Part shown: positions 27,376 through 40,910 of the stretch, one piece after another
Layout: each line of letters begins with the position of its first letter
Position numbering within the stretch: the first letter of the stretch is position 1
Source: Octopus vulgaris
Lineage: Eukaryota
Direction: 5' to 3'
Length of the DNA stretch: 64,000 bases
Assembly (NCBI GenBank): GCA_951406725.2
Contig: OX597814.1
Coordinates: 189,100,001 to 189,164,000, forward strand
Made by a program: the position numbers and the translations under genes
The notes under the pieces: model-generated
What the model was told of the DNA's origin: nothing
Seen by the model: the letters and a program-made list of their open reading frames with translations, nothing else
The model's database searches: none

Positions 27376-27705
27376 CACACACATATATATGTTAACGTAG
27401 ATACAAATGCACACACATACGAACATACACATACACACACATACCGATATGTGTGTGAATGTCTATACGTGTATATGTTATCATATCCTTTACCTTGCTT
27501 CAACCACAGAACTGCAACCGCGCAACTTGTCGTTTGGAAAGGTTTTGTTAATCAGATCAGACCCATTACTTCTTTTAATTACGATAATTAGTCTACCAAC
27601 CCACGAAATGAACCAAAGCTGGTTAGGGACAATAATTGCCCACTCTCAAACGCACATAACACAGACACACATATACATACAAAAATACGTGTGTACATAT
27701 ATATT

Positions 27706-27853
27706 ATTTCTTTATTGCCCACAAGGGGCTAAACATAGAGGAGACAAACAAAGACAGACAAAGGAATTAAGTCGATTACATCAATCCCAGTGCGTAACTG
27801 GTACTTAATTTATCGACCCCGAAAGGATGAAAGACAAAGTCGACCTCGGCGGA
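27706..27853 (-). mobile_element. SINE family A, 5'-truncated
   Basis: tatttctttattgcccacaaggggc...gtcgacctcggcggaa. Confidence 0.85.
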
Positions 27854-27926
27854 ATATATGTGTACATATATATATACATACGTGCTTGCGAGCGTGCATG
27901 TGTGTGTGTGTGTGTGTGTTTGTGTA

Positions 27927-27969
<43 letters not shown>

Positions 27970-28158
27970 TCCCTCAACCAAATTGACGCAGAATGCATAG
28001 GTCATGTCAGGTTTTAGTTGCAGAAACTTGACAGAAGTGCCGCAATTCACTGGAGGGCCCACGAAACTACATGTTGATCGTTTCTAGCAGATATGTCTAT
28101 TAATCCACCAAATCATATTATTGTGTAACTGATTTCATATTCACAGAAACAAGGACAG

Positions 28159-28217
<59 letters not shown>

Positions 28218-29260
28218 CATACATACACACATAATACACGTTTGGGTGTGTACATAAATATCCCATAAGCATATATAAAATTAATCATTTCACGGTAATC
28301 ATTTCACAGTATGTTTAAATACTATGGTACCAAAAGTCAACGATTCGCTTTTCTCGCCGTGTAAGATCTTAACTTCGACATTAAAATATATTTAAAATTC
28401 TGTTATTCGAAATATATCAATTTCTACCTCACATAAAACCCAAATTTAATGTGATATTCTTGCAATCATTGCAGCTTTTATTTCAAGTTAAATCCAATAC
28501 TAACGCAAATATCAATCTTAATATAATAACCCAAATCCTGAGCGCTAACATTGAAAACTATTGAATTCTGCATGTTTAAAGATTTAAATCGAACTATGTG
28601 GCTTAAGTACACTTGTTCATATATTTTTACGTACAATTCTGTCAACGAAATATATGTTAATGAACCAGTGTATAATATGATCTTGTTCAAAGAAGGAAAT
28701 AGAATCTCAGCTTGCAGCAAAATATTCATACACCATTCTAAGTTGTAGCCATGGTTTCAAACTCCATCATAAGTCAATTGCGAATATACGTGGTAACTGA
28801 TAACTTCGGCGTACAGTAAAATATATAGCACGTATTTCCCGCAGTTATTAACTCAGTATAGAGATTATTCAGTCAGCAAGAAATTATCCTTACCTCAACA
28901 GAGAGTTTCTATTACTGCATAAAAGAACAAACTTTTAAATATTATAACTAATAAATAAAAAACAAGAACCTACGGGCGGGACTAAAATACGATATATGAA
29001 TATTTACATGATAGAATAAACAGTATAAGATACTTCAGTAAAATACCGTTGAATCATATGAGTTTAAATAACTACATGAGAAGCTATTACTACTGCCGAG
29101 TATAAAAACGCAAAATCATTCCTGCCGTGGTATGAACGTGTGAAGAAGTATTATAATTTACTGTTTTTGCTTCAATCTTTCTCTTTCTTTGTGTATACAT
29201 ATAATGATATGACGCAGACACACACGCACATATATATAGCTATAATATAATATAATATAA

Positions 29261-29659
29261 CTAGCAGTATCGCCCGGCGTTGCTCGGGTTTGTAAGGGAA
29301 ATAACTATATAAGCATTTTTAGAGAGTTATAGCCAAAAAAAGCAAAAAAATGCATTAAAAATGGAAAGAAAATTATGGTAGTTTTTTTTAAAAATCGTTG
29401 ACTCCTCGTAGACATTCTTAGAGAGTTACTTCCCTTATATAATAGCGAAAAAAATGCATTAAAATGGAAAAATATGATGGTAATTTTTTTTAAATCGTAG
29501 ACTCATCGTAGACGCGCGCTAATACCCAGAAGGGCTCGATATGAATCACGACTATAAGATACCCGGTTTTGGTTAAACTGCACCGCAAAATGTGGGAGTA
29601 GTTAGGAATCTAAATCGTAGGAGACAGACAGCACACAACCTCATTTTTATATATAAAGA
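29261..29659 (-). mobile_element. Non-autonomous Helitron (399 bp)
   Basis: Minus strand begins A|TCtttatatata and ends cccgagcaacgccggg (hairpin) cgatactgCTAG|T; no TSD; internal ~100-bp tandem duplication. Confidence 0.88.
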
Positions 29660-29810
29660 TATAATGTATAATATAAAACAGAAACACACACATTCACTAC
29701 GTCACACAGCGGGTACTGATATAGGCATGCATCTAAGGTAGCGAAGTGGAATAATCGTTAGCACGCCAGGCAAATTGCTTGACAGCATTTAGTCAGTCTT
29801 TACGTACTAT

Positions 29811-30116
29811 ATTATTTACATTATTTACATTATTTACATCTGACGGATATTTGTCCACATCTTGTTTGTTGTTAACACAACGTTTCGGCTGATTATACCC
29901 TCCAGCCTTTATCAGGTGTCTTGGGGAATTTTCGAACCTGGGTTCTCATTCCTAAGTTATTTTTCGATGTTATTATTATTATTATTATTATTATTGTTAT
30001 TATTATATTTATTAGTAGTAATATTAGTATTAGTGTTATTATTATTAGAGCGCAGGTTACTGACCCCAAGATTCCGAGTTCGATTCCAGGCAGTGACCTG
30101 AATAATAAAAATAATG

Positions 30117-30168
<52 letters not shown>

Positions 30169-30193
30169 TAATAATAATCATAATAATCATAAA

Positions 30194-30254
<61 letters not shown>

Positions 30255-30418
30255 TCGAAAAATGAGAACCCAGGATTCAAATTTCCCCAAGACACCTGAT
30301 GAAGGTTGGAGGGTATATCAGCCGAAACGTTGTGTTAACCACAAACAAGATGAGGACAGACATCCGTCAAATGTAAATAATGTACATAATTCCTCATCTC
30401 TTAAATATAGAACTGCAT
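29811..30418 (+). mobile_element. Element E composite insertion: inverted 3' arm + forward copy
   Basis: 29811-29975 is the reverse complement of about 30245-30390; tRNA-like head 30047-30100; 12-bp TSD tttacgtactat at 29799-29810 and 30419-30430. Confidence 0.88.
30291..30336 (+). ncRNA. Minimal type-I hammerhead ribozyme motif (intact core)
   Basis: gacac-CTGATGA-a-ggttgg..tcagcc-GAA-AC-GT-T-gtgtt: stem I gacac/gtgtt, stem II ggttgg/tcagcc, loopless palindromic stem III (AACGTT) that would need a dimer; predicted cut after 30331. Confidence 0.75.
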
Positions 30419-30598
30419 TTTACGTACTATGTTCAAATTCTGCCGAGCACTTCCTTGCCTCTCATCCTTTCGGGGTTCATAAATTAACTGCCAATCAAGC
30501 ACTGAGGTTGATGCAATTGAGTTACCTGCTCCCTAAAATTACTGGCCCTGTGCCAAAATCCGAAACCATTATAAACAAGTATCTCCCCACCCTCTCTA

Positions 30599-30665
<67 letters not shown>

Positions 30666-30781
30666 GTCTCTCTCTCTCAGTACAAGACTGAAGAGGTATC
30701 AGGAGGCAATAACCAACAAAGCAATGGATTTCAATAACTTGCGCTACTTAACTAACAATAGAAGGAGGGAAAAATTCATGA

Positions 30782-31060
30782 AGCCTGGGCTTCAGAGGTC
30801 TACCGCTCTTCAATATCCTCCCGAAGGAGCTGAGAGACCTGCATGGGGTGGATGTAGGTGTCTTCAAAATAAAGCTGGACCTCTTCCTGTCAGGTGGAGG
30901 TGCAGATGAGGGCAGCTGCATCAAATTCTCTCATGCACCAAATGTCAATTCCTGAAAAGCATTCGTGAAGTAAAATTATGTAGCAACACCAAATGACGGT
31001 GCACTAGCATGGCCACAGCTCTAGATAAACTAGATAAAATTAGAAATAGAAATTAAAAAA
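30782..31060 (+). mobile_element. 3' end of CR1-like LINE
   Basis: SLGFRGLPLFNILPKELRDLHGVDVGVFKIKLDLFLS..MRAAASNSLMHQM resembles the CR1-group ORF2 C-terminus; tail gacggtgcactagcatggccacag. Confidence 0.75.
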
Positions 31061-31592
31061 TCTCATATAACAACATAGTAGCAATGTTACTTCGCCAGAG
31101 AAACCTTCTCCATCTTTGTTAGTGTTACCTTTAATTCTATTATTTCTTCAGTCATATCATCATTCACTCATTCATAATTTACCTGTCACATTCGCTATCT
31201 TTCTACCGGTATCTCCAAATTACTATAGATGTAAACAAGCTAGCATAATTAGAACGTGTCGACAAGAAGTCCCAAATTTGTCTGTCTTTCTGTCTATCTC
31301 TCACCCGCTCTTTCTATTTTTCTCCATGTCTTATCCTCTCTCTCTCTCTCTGTATTTATATTTGTTCTCGTATTTTTTATTCTATTACCTGTATTAATCA
31401 ATGCATTATTTTTTTAAAAATCTACACTTGTTATCTCTTTTTTACCGTTCTCTTTTTGAAGAGAATGTAAACGAACCAGCCTCGGTGGTCAAGTAGTTGG
31501 AAACAAATACGAAGTCACCCACTAGTAAGTGCATTTACATACATATAAACACACACACAAACATTTACACATATATATATACATATATGCAT

Positions 31593-31713
<121 letters not shown>

Positions 31714-34185
31714 GGGAGTATAACTCCAAACTTGCAAGGAAAAATTCAATTTAGTATTAAATCAAATTTCACAATATAAATATATAAAATACAAATTAGA
31801 GATAAAACAACTATTATGCAACTCAAACAGTGATATACATAAAACAATTATGTTTTGGTTTATGCCTACCACTGTTTGAATTGCATAATTACATATATAT
31901 TTTATATATATATAATTTCCATCTATCAAATTGACCTAGGAGATATTTGACAGCCTGAGGCTGTAGAAGAAAAAACATTTCCCAAGCTGCAGCGCAATGG
32001 GAATGAGTCCAATGCGAAGCGAAGTTCTGAACCACACACGCATATATATGCCTGATGAAGGCAACCAGTAAAAACTTTCGACGTCTCTATCAAACATTTC
32101 CTTGTAAAATATATATCTGTGTCTTTATGTGTTTCTGCATCTTTTATTAAAATCACGTCCGTGACAAAGCCCTGCATTTGTTTTCTTATTGCATCTTAAT
32201 TCTTTTTGTACGTTTTACATGGTTCATTCATCGGACTGCGTTCATGCTGGTGCATCGTGTTGAAGGCTTCAATGGTAATCTAACAAATCGATACGCATGC
32301 CTATTAGGTTTAAGCTTGGTACTTATTGTATCGATTTCTGTTGCTTTAAAATAAATATAACGGACTAATAAATAGTGTATGAATAATCCGTATTAAAGAG
32401 GTAATAATTGACAGTCTAATTTCATAGATATGGCCCGTGTCTGTATCAGTATGCATTTGTGCCTGTCTTCATTACTGTATAAGATATTTCATAAACTTGC
32501 TTGTTGTTCCTCATTTATACATCCGCTATGCTAGTATAAACGATTATAAAATCAAAGCCGTAGTAATCAATGATCCAACTCTTAAAAAATCTTCACTCTT
32601 AATTCTAAATAAATATTCTTATACTTTCCGAAGTAAAATTCACATGAAATCTCAGTTTTCGTCAAGGTGATAGAAACTGTTTGCCTTTTCATTTGGCCCC
32701 ACCAAAGTAGGTTTTCTCTACTTGATGTTGCACTTTTCCCAACAACTCAAATCAGTTTGACCTTTGGTAGATACTCTTTATCAGTGACGCACAAATGATA
32801 TTTATGACATAAAACTGTATCTACCTGTAAGGGTGAGTTTTTTCAAGGTTTTTTTCGTTTTCTGTTCAACCAAACACTGGTACATTGCAGAAGACAAATA
32901 AGGGCTTGTAAAGCTTTTCATGTGTGCTGCATTCATATCATCGTTCTTTTCGGGGTTTAGTGTCAAGTTTAAAAACAGCTGCATATTCAGTTGTAAGGAT
33001 TTGAAAAGCGTCATAAAGAATCTGCTACCGGAACTTCTATGATCAATGTCAGACCTATCAATGCCAAACACCGGTCGTAAATATGTATGTATGCTTAGGT
33101 ATGATTGTCTCCACCGCTATAGTTGGTCGATATGTGCTGGTTTGTCAACATTTCCGGAAATTATCGGTTCGGCAAAGGAGACCTGTGAAGTGCTATACTT
33201 AAGAATATATACTGCACTCGACTAATTCATTGAAGGCGATGTTCTAGCATGGTCGCAATATGATAGACAAGAAATGTTAATCATACTTGAATGTTTTTTG
33301 TTTATATGATCGTCCGATCGAAAGCTAACGTATTCAAACATCTACAAACACAAACTAAGATAAACATAAGACCAAGTGAGATTATCCATGTTATTATATA
33401 CAGAGGGCACAATAGGAATGATCAAATCAAATTTTGTAAACGGTAACATTAGCTGTGTAACATTATAAATTACAAGTACTTTTCATTTGTATTTTAAATA
33501 TATCACTAACGTGGCTTTTATTTTTGGATATGGTATCCGTGAGTTATTTTCTGCAGTCATTATGATAACTTTGACACTTGGTGTATATCATAAGGCATCA
33601 ATAAAGTGATCCTCATATTTCTAATTAGCCAAGTACGGAAAGTCAGTTTTTCGAGAAGAAACTTTAATAAGACAGAAACATGAATATATTGTCCGTTATG
33701 GCCAAATTTGAGTAAATAAATATTAACCATACACACAAAATTTCTCCCTCCTCACTGAATGTATATCATTAATTACTTAAATTAGTTTTACATAAAAGAA
33801 ATTCATAGACGTTACTTGCAAGCGACGATGAATTGGTAGTATGTATCTTACTTTCGCTTTCGTTTTGAGCGCCCATATATTAATGCACAAGATCTGTCAG
33901 CTTCCTATGTTTATATTAACGGAATGATAATAATACGACACGTACAAGGAGAGACGGAAAAATACACAAGCGTTCGGCTGCTACTGATTTGCAACTGAAT
34001 AAATTGAAGTATCGTGAAATGAAATGAATTGTTCAGGGTCACAAGACACAGACTAGTTCAAAAATAGAACATCACAATCTTATCTTTCTGAGCGTAAGTC
34101 CCCTAAACTCTAGACTAATTCAAAGATACGCTATATTTGTTGATAGCGTCTTCCATTCAAAGCACACTGAGATACGACTTATAGC

Positions 34186-34419
34186 GGCGGCGAGCTGGCA
34201 GAACGGTTAGCACGCCGGGCGAAATGCGTAGCCGTATTTCGTCTGCCGTTACGTTCTGAGTTCAAATTCCGCCGAGGTCGACTTTGCCTTTCATCCTTTA
34301 GGGGTCGATAAATTAAGTACCAGTAACGCACTGGGGTCGACATAATCGACTTAATCCGTTTGTCTGTCCTTGTTTGTCCCCTCTGTGTTTAGCCCCTTGT
34401 GGGTAGTAAAGAAATAGAA
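34186..34419 (+). mobile_element. SINE family A monomer (clean reference copy)
   Basis: Complete 234-bp copy; 14-bp TSD atacgacttatagc at 34172-34185 and 34420-34433. Confidence 0.95.
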
Positions 34420-34783
34420 ATACGACTTATAGCACTCAGAGTTAATAACCAACTGTGGAGAACCACAGAAAGAGGAGGTAATTTACGTACCATTGCTTCG
34501 CAATGCTAACAGAGCAGGTTTTTAAAAGTGCGTCAAACAGACAGACAAACAGACAGACACATATGTATATTTATGTATGAATTTATATGTGTTTGCATGT
34601 TTGTAGTATGTATGTATGATGAAGTATAGTTTATAAATAAATAGAGATGTGTGCAGGTTTCTGTCTTAATTTGTCAGCAAAGGAACATAACGTATGTAAA
34701 GACACATAAGTAAGAACCTGTGCGTGAGTGTACGTGAGTTTGCAACACGCGGCGGGAGAGTCTGTAGGAAGATATATATATAT

Positions 34784-34948
34784 CAGGAGTGGCTGTGTGG
34801 TAAGTAGCTTGTTTACCGACCACATGGTTTCGGGTTCAGTCTCACTGCGTGGCACCTTAGGCAAGTATCTTCTACTATAGCCTTAAGCCGACCAAAGCCT
34901 TGTGAGTGGACTTGGTAGACGGAAACTGAAAGAAGCCTGTCGTATATA

Positions 34949-34999
<51 letters not shown>

Positions 35000-35220
35000 G
35001 TGTTTGTGTGTCTGTGTTTGTACCCCTAGCATTGCTTGACAACCGATGCTGATGTGTTTATGTCCCCGTTACTTAGCGGTTCGGCAAAAGAGACCGATAG
35101 AATAAGGACTGGGCTTACAAAAGAATAAGTCCTGGGGTCGAGTTGCTCGATTAAAGGCGGTGCTCCAGCATGGCCGCAGTCAAATGACTGAAACAAGTAA
35201 AAGAGTAAAAGAGTAAGAGT
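34784..35220 (+). mobile_element. SINE family B
   Basis: Full-length, internal (TA)n, tail (gtaaaaga)n. Confidence 0.9.
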
Positions 35221-35231
35221 ATATATATATA

Positions 35232-36092
35232 TGATGAGGGTGAAGTCCAAATGGCAAAAAGTCCAAGAGACAGTAAAAAGGGAGAAATCCAAGAAAGACC
35301 AAACATCGACACACTGATGACAACATCAACACTACAAGTGTCACAATCCCCAACACCATCACAAATACCCACAACAGAACCAAAAGCACAATAAACTTTA
35401 AAAAGGAAAATGCCACTACAACAGCAATTACCATCCGCGCTGCAGTAGGATTTCGTGCTAGTGAGGTGGGTCAAAGAAAACCTGATGGCTCTCATACTAT
35501 AAAACGAGATCATTGAAACAGAGGGGGTGATATGCAGCCTCAACACTTATAGAGTACCGGAGTACCTAATGATGGTGCGAATGACATTAAGCGGAGCTGC
35601 CCGTGTGACATTGGATTCCACAGTGTAACGGCCAGCGGATGGCTTTGAAAGGGGTTTCCAGAGGAACCCAGCAAAACAGAGAGGGTGAGAGAATCACTCG
35701 ACCACAAACAGCACCAGGAGGGCAAATGACACTCACTTTTTCCATTCTTTACTTCTTGGCCTCCACGGAGGTTCTTAAAGTAGGTTGTATAAACGTACGT
35801 GGCCTGGTGTCGTCGTGGAAGTAAGGACGCTTGCACAACGACCTCAGGTGACTAATCTGGATGTAATAGCCGTTAGTGAGACAAGGATCGCGGAGACACG
35901 GGCCTTGGCACCCATTTTCGATGACTTTAAGATTTTCGCATCTCTTAGTTGACTGGGAATGTGGGGATGGTGTTGTTCAGAAAAAGGCCTGGATTTCTAG
36001 ATACAGTCGGTCCTTCTGGACCCGAAAAGTAAGCCGGTGGTCCTGGACGTGAAGGATAACGAAGGCAGTGCTTTTAGACTGGCTGCATTGTA
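35232..36092 (+). pseudogene. L1/Tx1-type LINE fragment: probable ORF1 end plus APE endonuclease N-terminus
   Basis: From ATG 35726: LKVGCINVRGL..*..NLDVIAVSETR..FDDFKIFAS..IQSVLLDPKSKPVVLDVK..FRLAALY, the conserved APE motifs; stops and frameshifts present. The ORF1 assignment of the upstream part is inference. Confidence 0.8.
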
Positions 36093-36386
36093 TGTATGTA
36101 TGTATGTATGTATGTATGTATGTATGTATGTATGTATGTGTCTTCAGTAAATCATAGATCCGAAAGAGAAGCACACTCAAGGTTATAGAGCAGTTGAGTG
36201 TTAAGATTAAAATAGTTATGTCCAGTTTATCGGGTCTAACGAACGCATGTAAAGCTAAGCGCTTTAGGGACGCGAAATCCAGGGTAACGCTATAAACCTA
36301 CCATAACTATCTTCATCTCTCTCTATATATGTGTGTGTGTATGTGTGTGTGTGTGTGTGAATTTATGTGTATTTTCATTGTACTAT

Positions 36387-36663
36387 AAACAATTGCAGCG
36401 TGGAAGATATTTATAAGCCATTTAAGAAAGACATAAAAACCGTTAGATTCCCTAACGTGCTGCAAGGAATTTTGTCAGTGAACAGGTTGCGGTCTCAAAA
36501 CGACGAAAATATTTTGAGAAATTAAATTTAAATGTTGAAGTGAATCTAACGGATTTTGTGTGTTTCTTAATGGCTTATAAACACCTTCCATGCTGCAATT
36601 GTTTTCATTCCAGCACACGATCTCAGATCAGGTCACTTGCTATGCAAGTACATCTCCGTAATT
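36387..36663 (+). mobile_element. Short repeat family G with an inverted 5' arm
   Basis: 36387-36450 is the imperfect reverse complement of 36542-36604; body is homologous to 40702-40911. Confidence 0.75.
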
Positions 36664-37569
36664 CATTGTACTATGTTTATCTAAAAATTAAAACAATTAG
36701 AAACATTTATATGTCTGATGAATTTATCACTCTCAGACTTTATTCTCTCCTAATAATATCACATCCCAAAGCTGAAAGATTGATATTTCTCTATATAATA
36801 TCTAAAGATTCTAAATATACTTATATACTTGTATAGTCTTCTTTTTCTTTTACAAATGCCATTAAATAACGTAAGGTCATTAATGAATAAATTATATGTG
36901 TATGGTGTGGAGGTATGGGTATGTATGTATGGATGTATATCCCTTAATTGCCAATTGCCTTAAGCTTGACATGTTACGTAACATGTCAGACTGACAGGAG
37001 CAGTTCCAGATGGAGATACATATATTTTCACGGTGGCAAAATATCAACGATAAGATGAGTAAGTAAAGCCTCAGGAAGATATTGCATTCCTTGAGACTTT
37101 CCCGACGTGTCTGTATATATTCATAGTCACAAGAGAATGAGAACATTGTAAACATCCAATATCTCAACTATGATGATTTATATAATAGATTCAGAGACCA
37201 TGTATGAAGACATTCAACGACGTAATGTCTGTAAGAAGTAATCAAATTGACTACAACCATGTTTTTTTCTTTATATTTTAAATTCTAATTCAATGATTCC
37301 TAGTAAAGTGGATAGTACCATGAGTCAGGGTCATCTATAAGAGCTAATCAAAATTTTACTGCACAATAAATTAAGCGAAATTTAATTACAAAAGAGTTAG
37401 TATGTAACTTATACACTAAATAATGAATTTCTTCTGATTCAATTATAAAAAGCAAATTGTAATTGGATTTAGATTAACTAATTTTCTGTTACTTTAGTGA
37501 ACTCAATTTATCTATATTTATAGTGATTAAGAATTATATTTTTAATATTATGCTACTAAATAGGTCTTT

Positions 37570-37873
37570 GTGGAGGCACATGGCTTAGTGGTTACAGCAG
37601 CGGACTCGTGGTCGAAGGTTCGCGGGTTCGAATTTCAGACCGGGCGATGTGTGTGTTCATGAGCGAAACACTTAAGCTCCACGCGGTTCCAGCAGAAGGT
37701 AATGGCGAACTTCTGCTGACTCTTTCGCCACAAATTTCTCTCATTCTTTCCACCTGCATCGTGCAGCTCACCTGCGACAGACCGGCGTCCCGTCCAGGTG
37801 GGGAACCTATACGCCAAGGAAACCGGGAAACCGGCCCTGTGAGCCAGGCATGGCTCGAGAAGGAACAAACAAC
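37570..37873 (+). mobile_element. SINE family C-related subfamily
   Basis: tggcttagtggtta / gggttcgaatttc boxes, V-like gcgacagaccggcgtcccgtccagg; 12-bp TSD aaataggtcttt at 37558-37569 and 37874-37885. Confidence 0.88.
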
Positions 37874-38380
37874 AAATAGGTCTTTATAAATAATCTTGTG
37901 CAGCAGAAAGAAGTCAGCAGCCACATGTAAAAAGCGACACATTCTTCTAGTTGAAATACCGTGATGAGAGTCCATAATTTGCCATGCTTTTGTGGTAAAA
38001 CATTTTTCTAATAACACCAGTAAGACTGCGCGGCACCTTCGGAAAGTGTTTTTTACTGTAGTTCCGGACCGACCAAAGTGGATTTGGTGCACGGAAATTG
38101 AAAACAGCCTGTTTTATATGTATGTATGGTCGATGTACATAAACGCTGTATATGGCATTCAAACTATCTACACATTCAAACCTTGACCGTGTAGATAGAG
38201 GTTGACACATTTCTCTTGCCAGTCAGGACACGTTAGCGCCAAGGTAAGGTCTTTTTTTTTTATTTCTATCTAAACGAACATTCCTTTAGATAGAAATACA
38301 CAAAAGACGTCGAAATTGCAATAGGCTTTTGAAACCCTCTTAGTTAAAACTGGGACCTGTTCATAATTATAAACATTCTT

Positions 38381-38385
<5 letters not shown>

Positions 38386-38474
<89 letters not shown>

Positions 38475-38565
38475 CATATATATATACATATATAGAGTGA
38501 TAGATAGTGAGATGGATAGATAGACAGACAGACAGACAGATGGATAGATATATAGAGAGACTGAC

Positions 38566-38646
<81 letters not shown>

Positions 38647-38812
38647 TACACATGTGTCCACATCCATTCAAAGAATTATACATTGTATACACATCTATTG
38701 TAAATATCTTATACAATACAATACTAAGTCGTACGCTATAAATGAGGCTTCAGATATCCTTGTTAGAGGGCTAATAATCTTAGCTGAGAAGTATACATAA
38801 TTCTACGTGAAA

Positions 38813-38850
<38 letters not shown>

Positions 38851-39152
38851 GTATGTATATATATATCTATGCATGTATATATGTATATATATATATGAAT
38901 ATAAATATATATGTGTGTGTGTTTGTGAACGTATACGTACAAATACACACACACACACACATATGTATATGTATATATCTATCTATGCATGTATATATAT
39001 ATATATATATATGCATATAAATATATATGTGTGTGTGTTTGTGAGCGTATACGTACAAAAACACATATACACACACACATACACACACACACATATATAT
39101 ATATATATATGTATGGGTATCTATATGCATGTAAGCATGTGTCTATGTATGT

Positions 39153-39187
<35 letters not shown>

Positions 39188-39720
39188 CGTGTGTTTGTGA
39201 GTCTCTGTGTGTGTGTGGGGGGGGGATTTCCATGAATTCTTTGCAATACGTGGCAAAGCATTTGTCACGATTAATCATTAAGGTCCCTGTGCATATTTTT
39301 ATTCAAAGGTCTCTTTTTTTTTCCCAAATGAGACTCTATTAACATGTATAACTATATTTTCCATACAATTCATATCGTACATATTTCTTTGTCATCCATT
39401 TTCAAGAATGTCATGTCAGATCTTCCTTTTGATATGTAACTTCGATGATATATCTACACACACACACATACACGCACCTATATATATGTATGTATATATT
39501 TATATATATATTTATACTTGTACATATGTGCGCATATATATATGTGTATACATGTATATATATTTGTAGATATATGTATATGTAAATATATATATATATA
39601 TAAAACATATATTACATATAAATATATATATACCTACATAGTTGTATATGTATATATATATATGTGTGTTCATATATATATGTTGATATAAGTATGTAAG
39701 TGTATGCAAATGTATATATG

Positions 39721-39772
<52 letters not shown>

Positions 39773-39886
39773 CTGTATACACATATATATATATATGTAT
39801 ACATATATATAAAGACATATATATTTTTATATATGTATATATATGTATATATATATATACATATACATACTTATAGGTACGCGCGC

Positions 39887-39943
<57 letters not shown>

Positions 39944-40413
39944 CACACACACTTATAGGCTTGAATGAAGGAATGTGTCAGTGAATGAAATGTGAAGGCT
40001 GGATTATTTGTAGTACTTCCACACTGGGACGTCAAAATTATTCATCATTTATCTATTTACCTTATTAAGTTGAATAACAAATATAATTACATTTTCAATA
40101 GATATTTAGACATTTGAACGTAAATGCCTAATTCAACACCTTGCAAATGCTGTTTTAGAAACCAGGAATGTTGCACATTCATGAATGGTATTCCATCAGC
40201 AACAAACCAGATGCAATATTAATTTCTCCTTTTTTTTAAAACTGATTTCTTGGAAAATGAACGCAGATCTGGAGTATTATTAATTGAATGTAGCACAGGA
40301 TTTTCATAACATTTCTTTGTAAAAGGATGTCTAATTTTGAAGATATATACATCTATACATAAGTTTATGAAAATATATAGAAATATACCTATACATATAC
40401 ACATATACGTATT

Positions 40414-40490
<77 letters not shown>

Positions 40491-40587
40491 CTGTAGAAGT
40501 ATTTTCGAATATCTATGTATACAATAATATATTCCTGTGATCATGTTTTATATATACATGTATGTATGTATGTGTGTGTGCTTATTG

Positions 40588-40653
<66 letters not shown>

Positions 40654-40658
40654 GTGTA

Positions 40659-40691
<33 letters not shown>

Positions 40692-40910
40692 GTATACATA
40701 GCTCAGATGCAGCACGGAATTTCGTCAGTGAACAGGTCGCAGTCTCAAAGCGACGAAAATATCTTGGAAAATTAAATTTAAATGCTGAAGTGAATGAAAC
40801 GGTTTTTGTGTGTTTCTTAAATGGCTTATAAACATCTTCCACGCTACAACTGTTTTCGTTCCAGCATACGATCCTAGATCAGGTCACTTGCTATGCAAGT
40901 ACATTCCGTA

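Larger units (their letters stand above)
29735..30570 (+). mobile_element. Old SINE-A' host copy split by element E
   Basis: Head at 29735-29810 (aatcgttagcacgccagg..gtctttacgt) continues at 30431 (gttcaaattctgccgag..tcatcctttcgggg..ggccctgtgccaaaa). Confidence 0.75.

Noticed and set aside
30262-30909. 215-aa ORF
   Set aside because: Chance read-through across element E, SINE-A', (TCTG)n and a LINE fragment whose real frame is different.
32050-32090. CTGATGA hits at 46, 4526, 32052, 35314 and 36714 as hammerheads
   Set aside because: No stem II followed by GAAA and no closing stem I; the 4526 hit is not conserved in the second D copy.
32802-33071. 89-aa non-repetitive ORF as an exon or transposase
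   Set aside because: No recognisable motif and no convincing splice-site pair.
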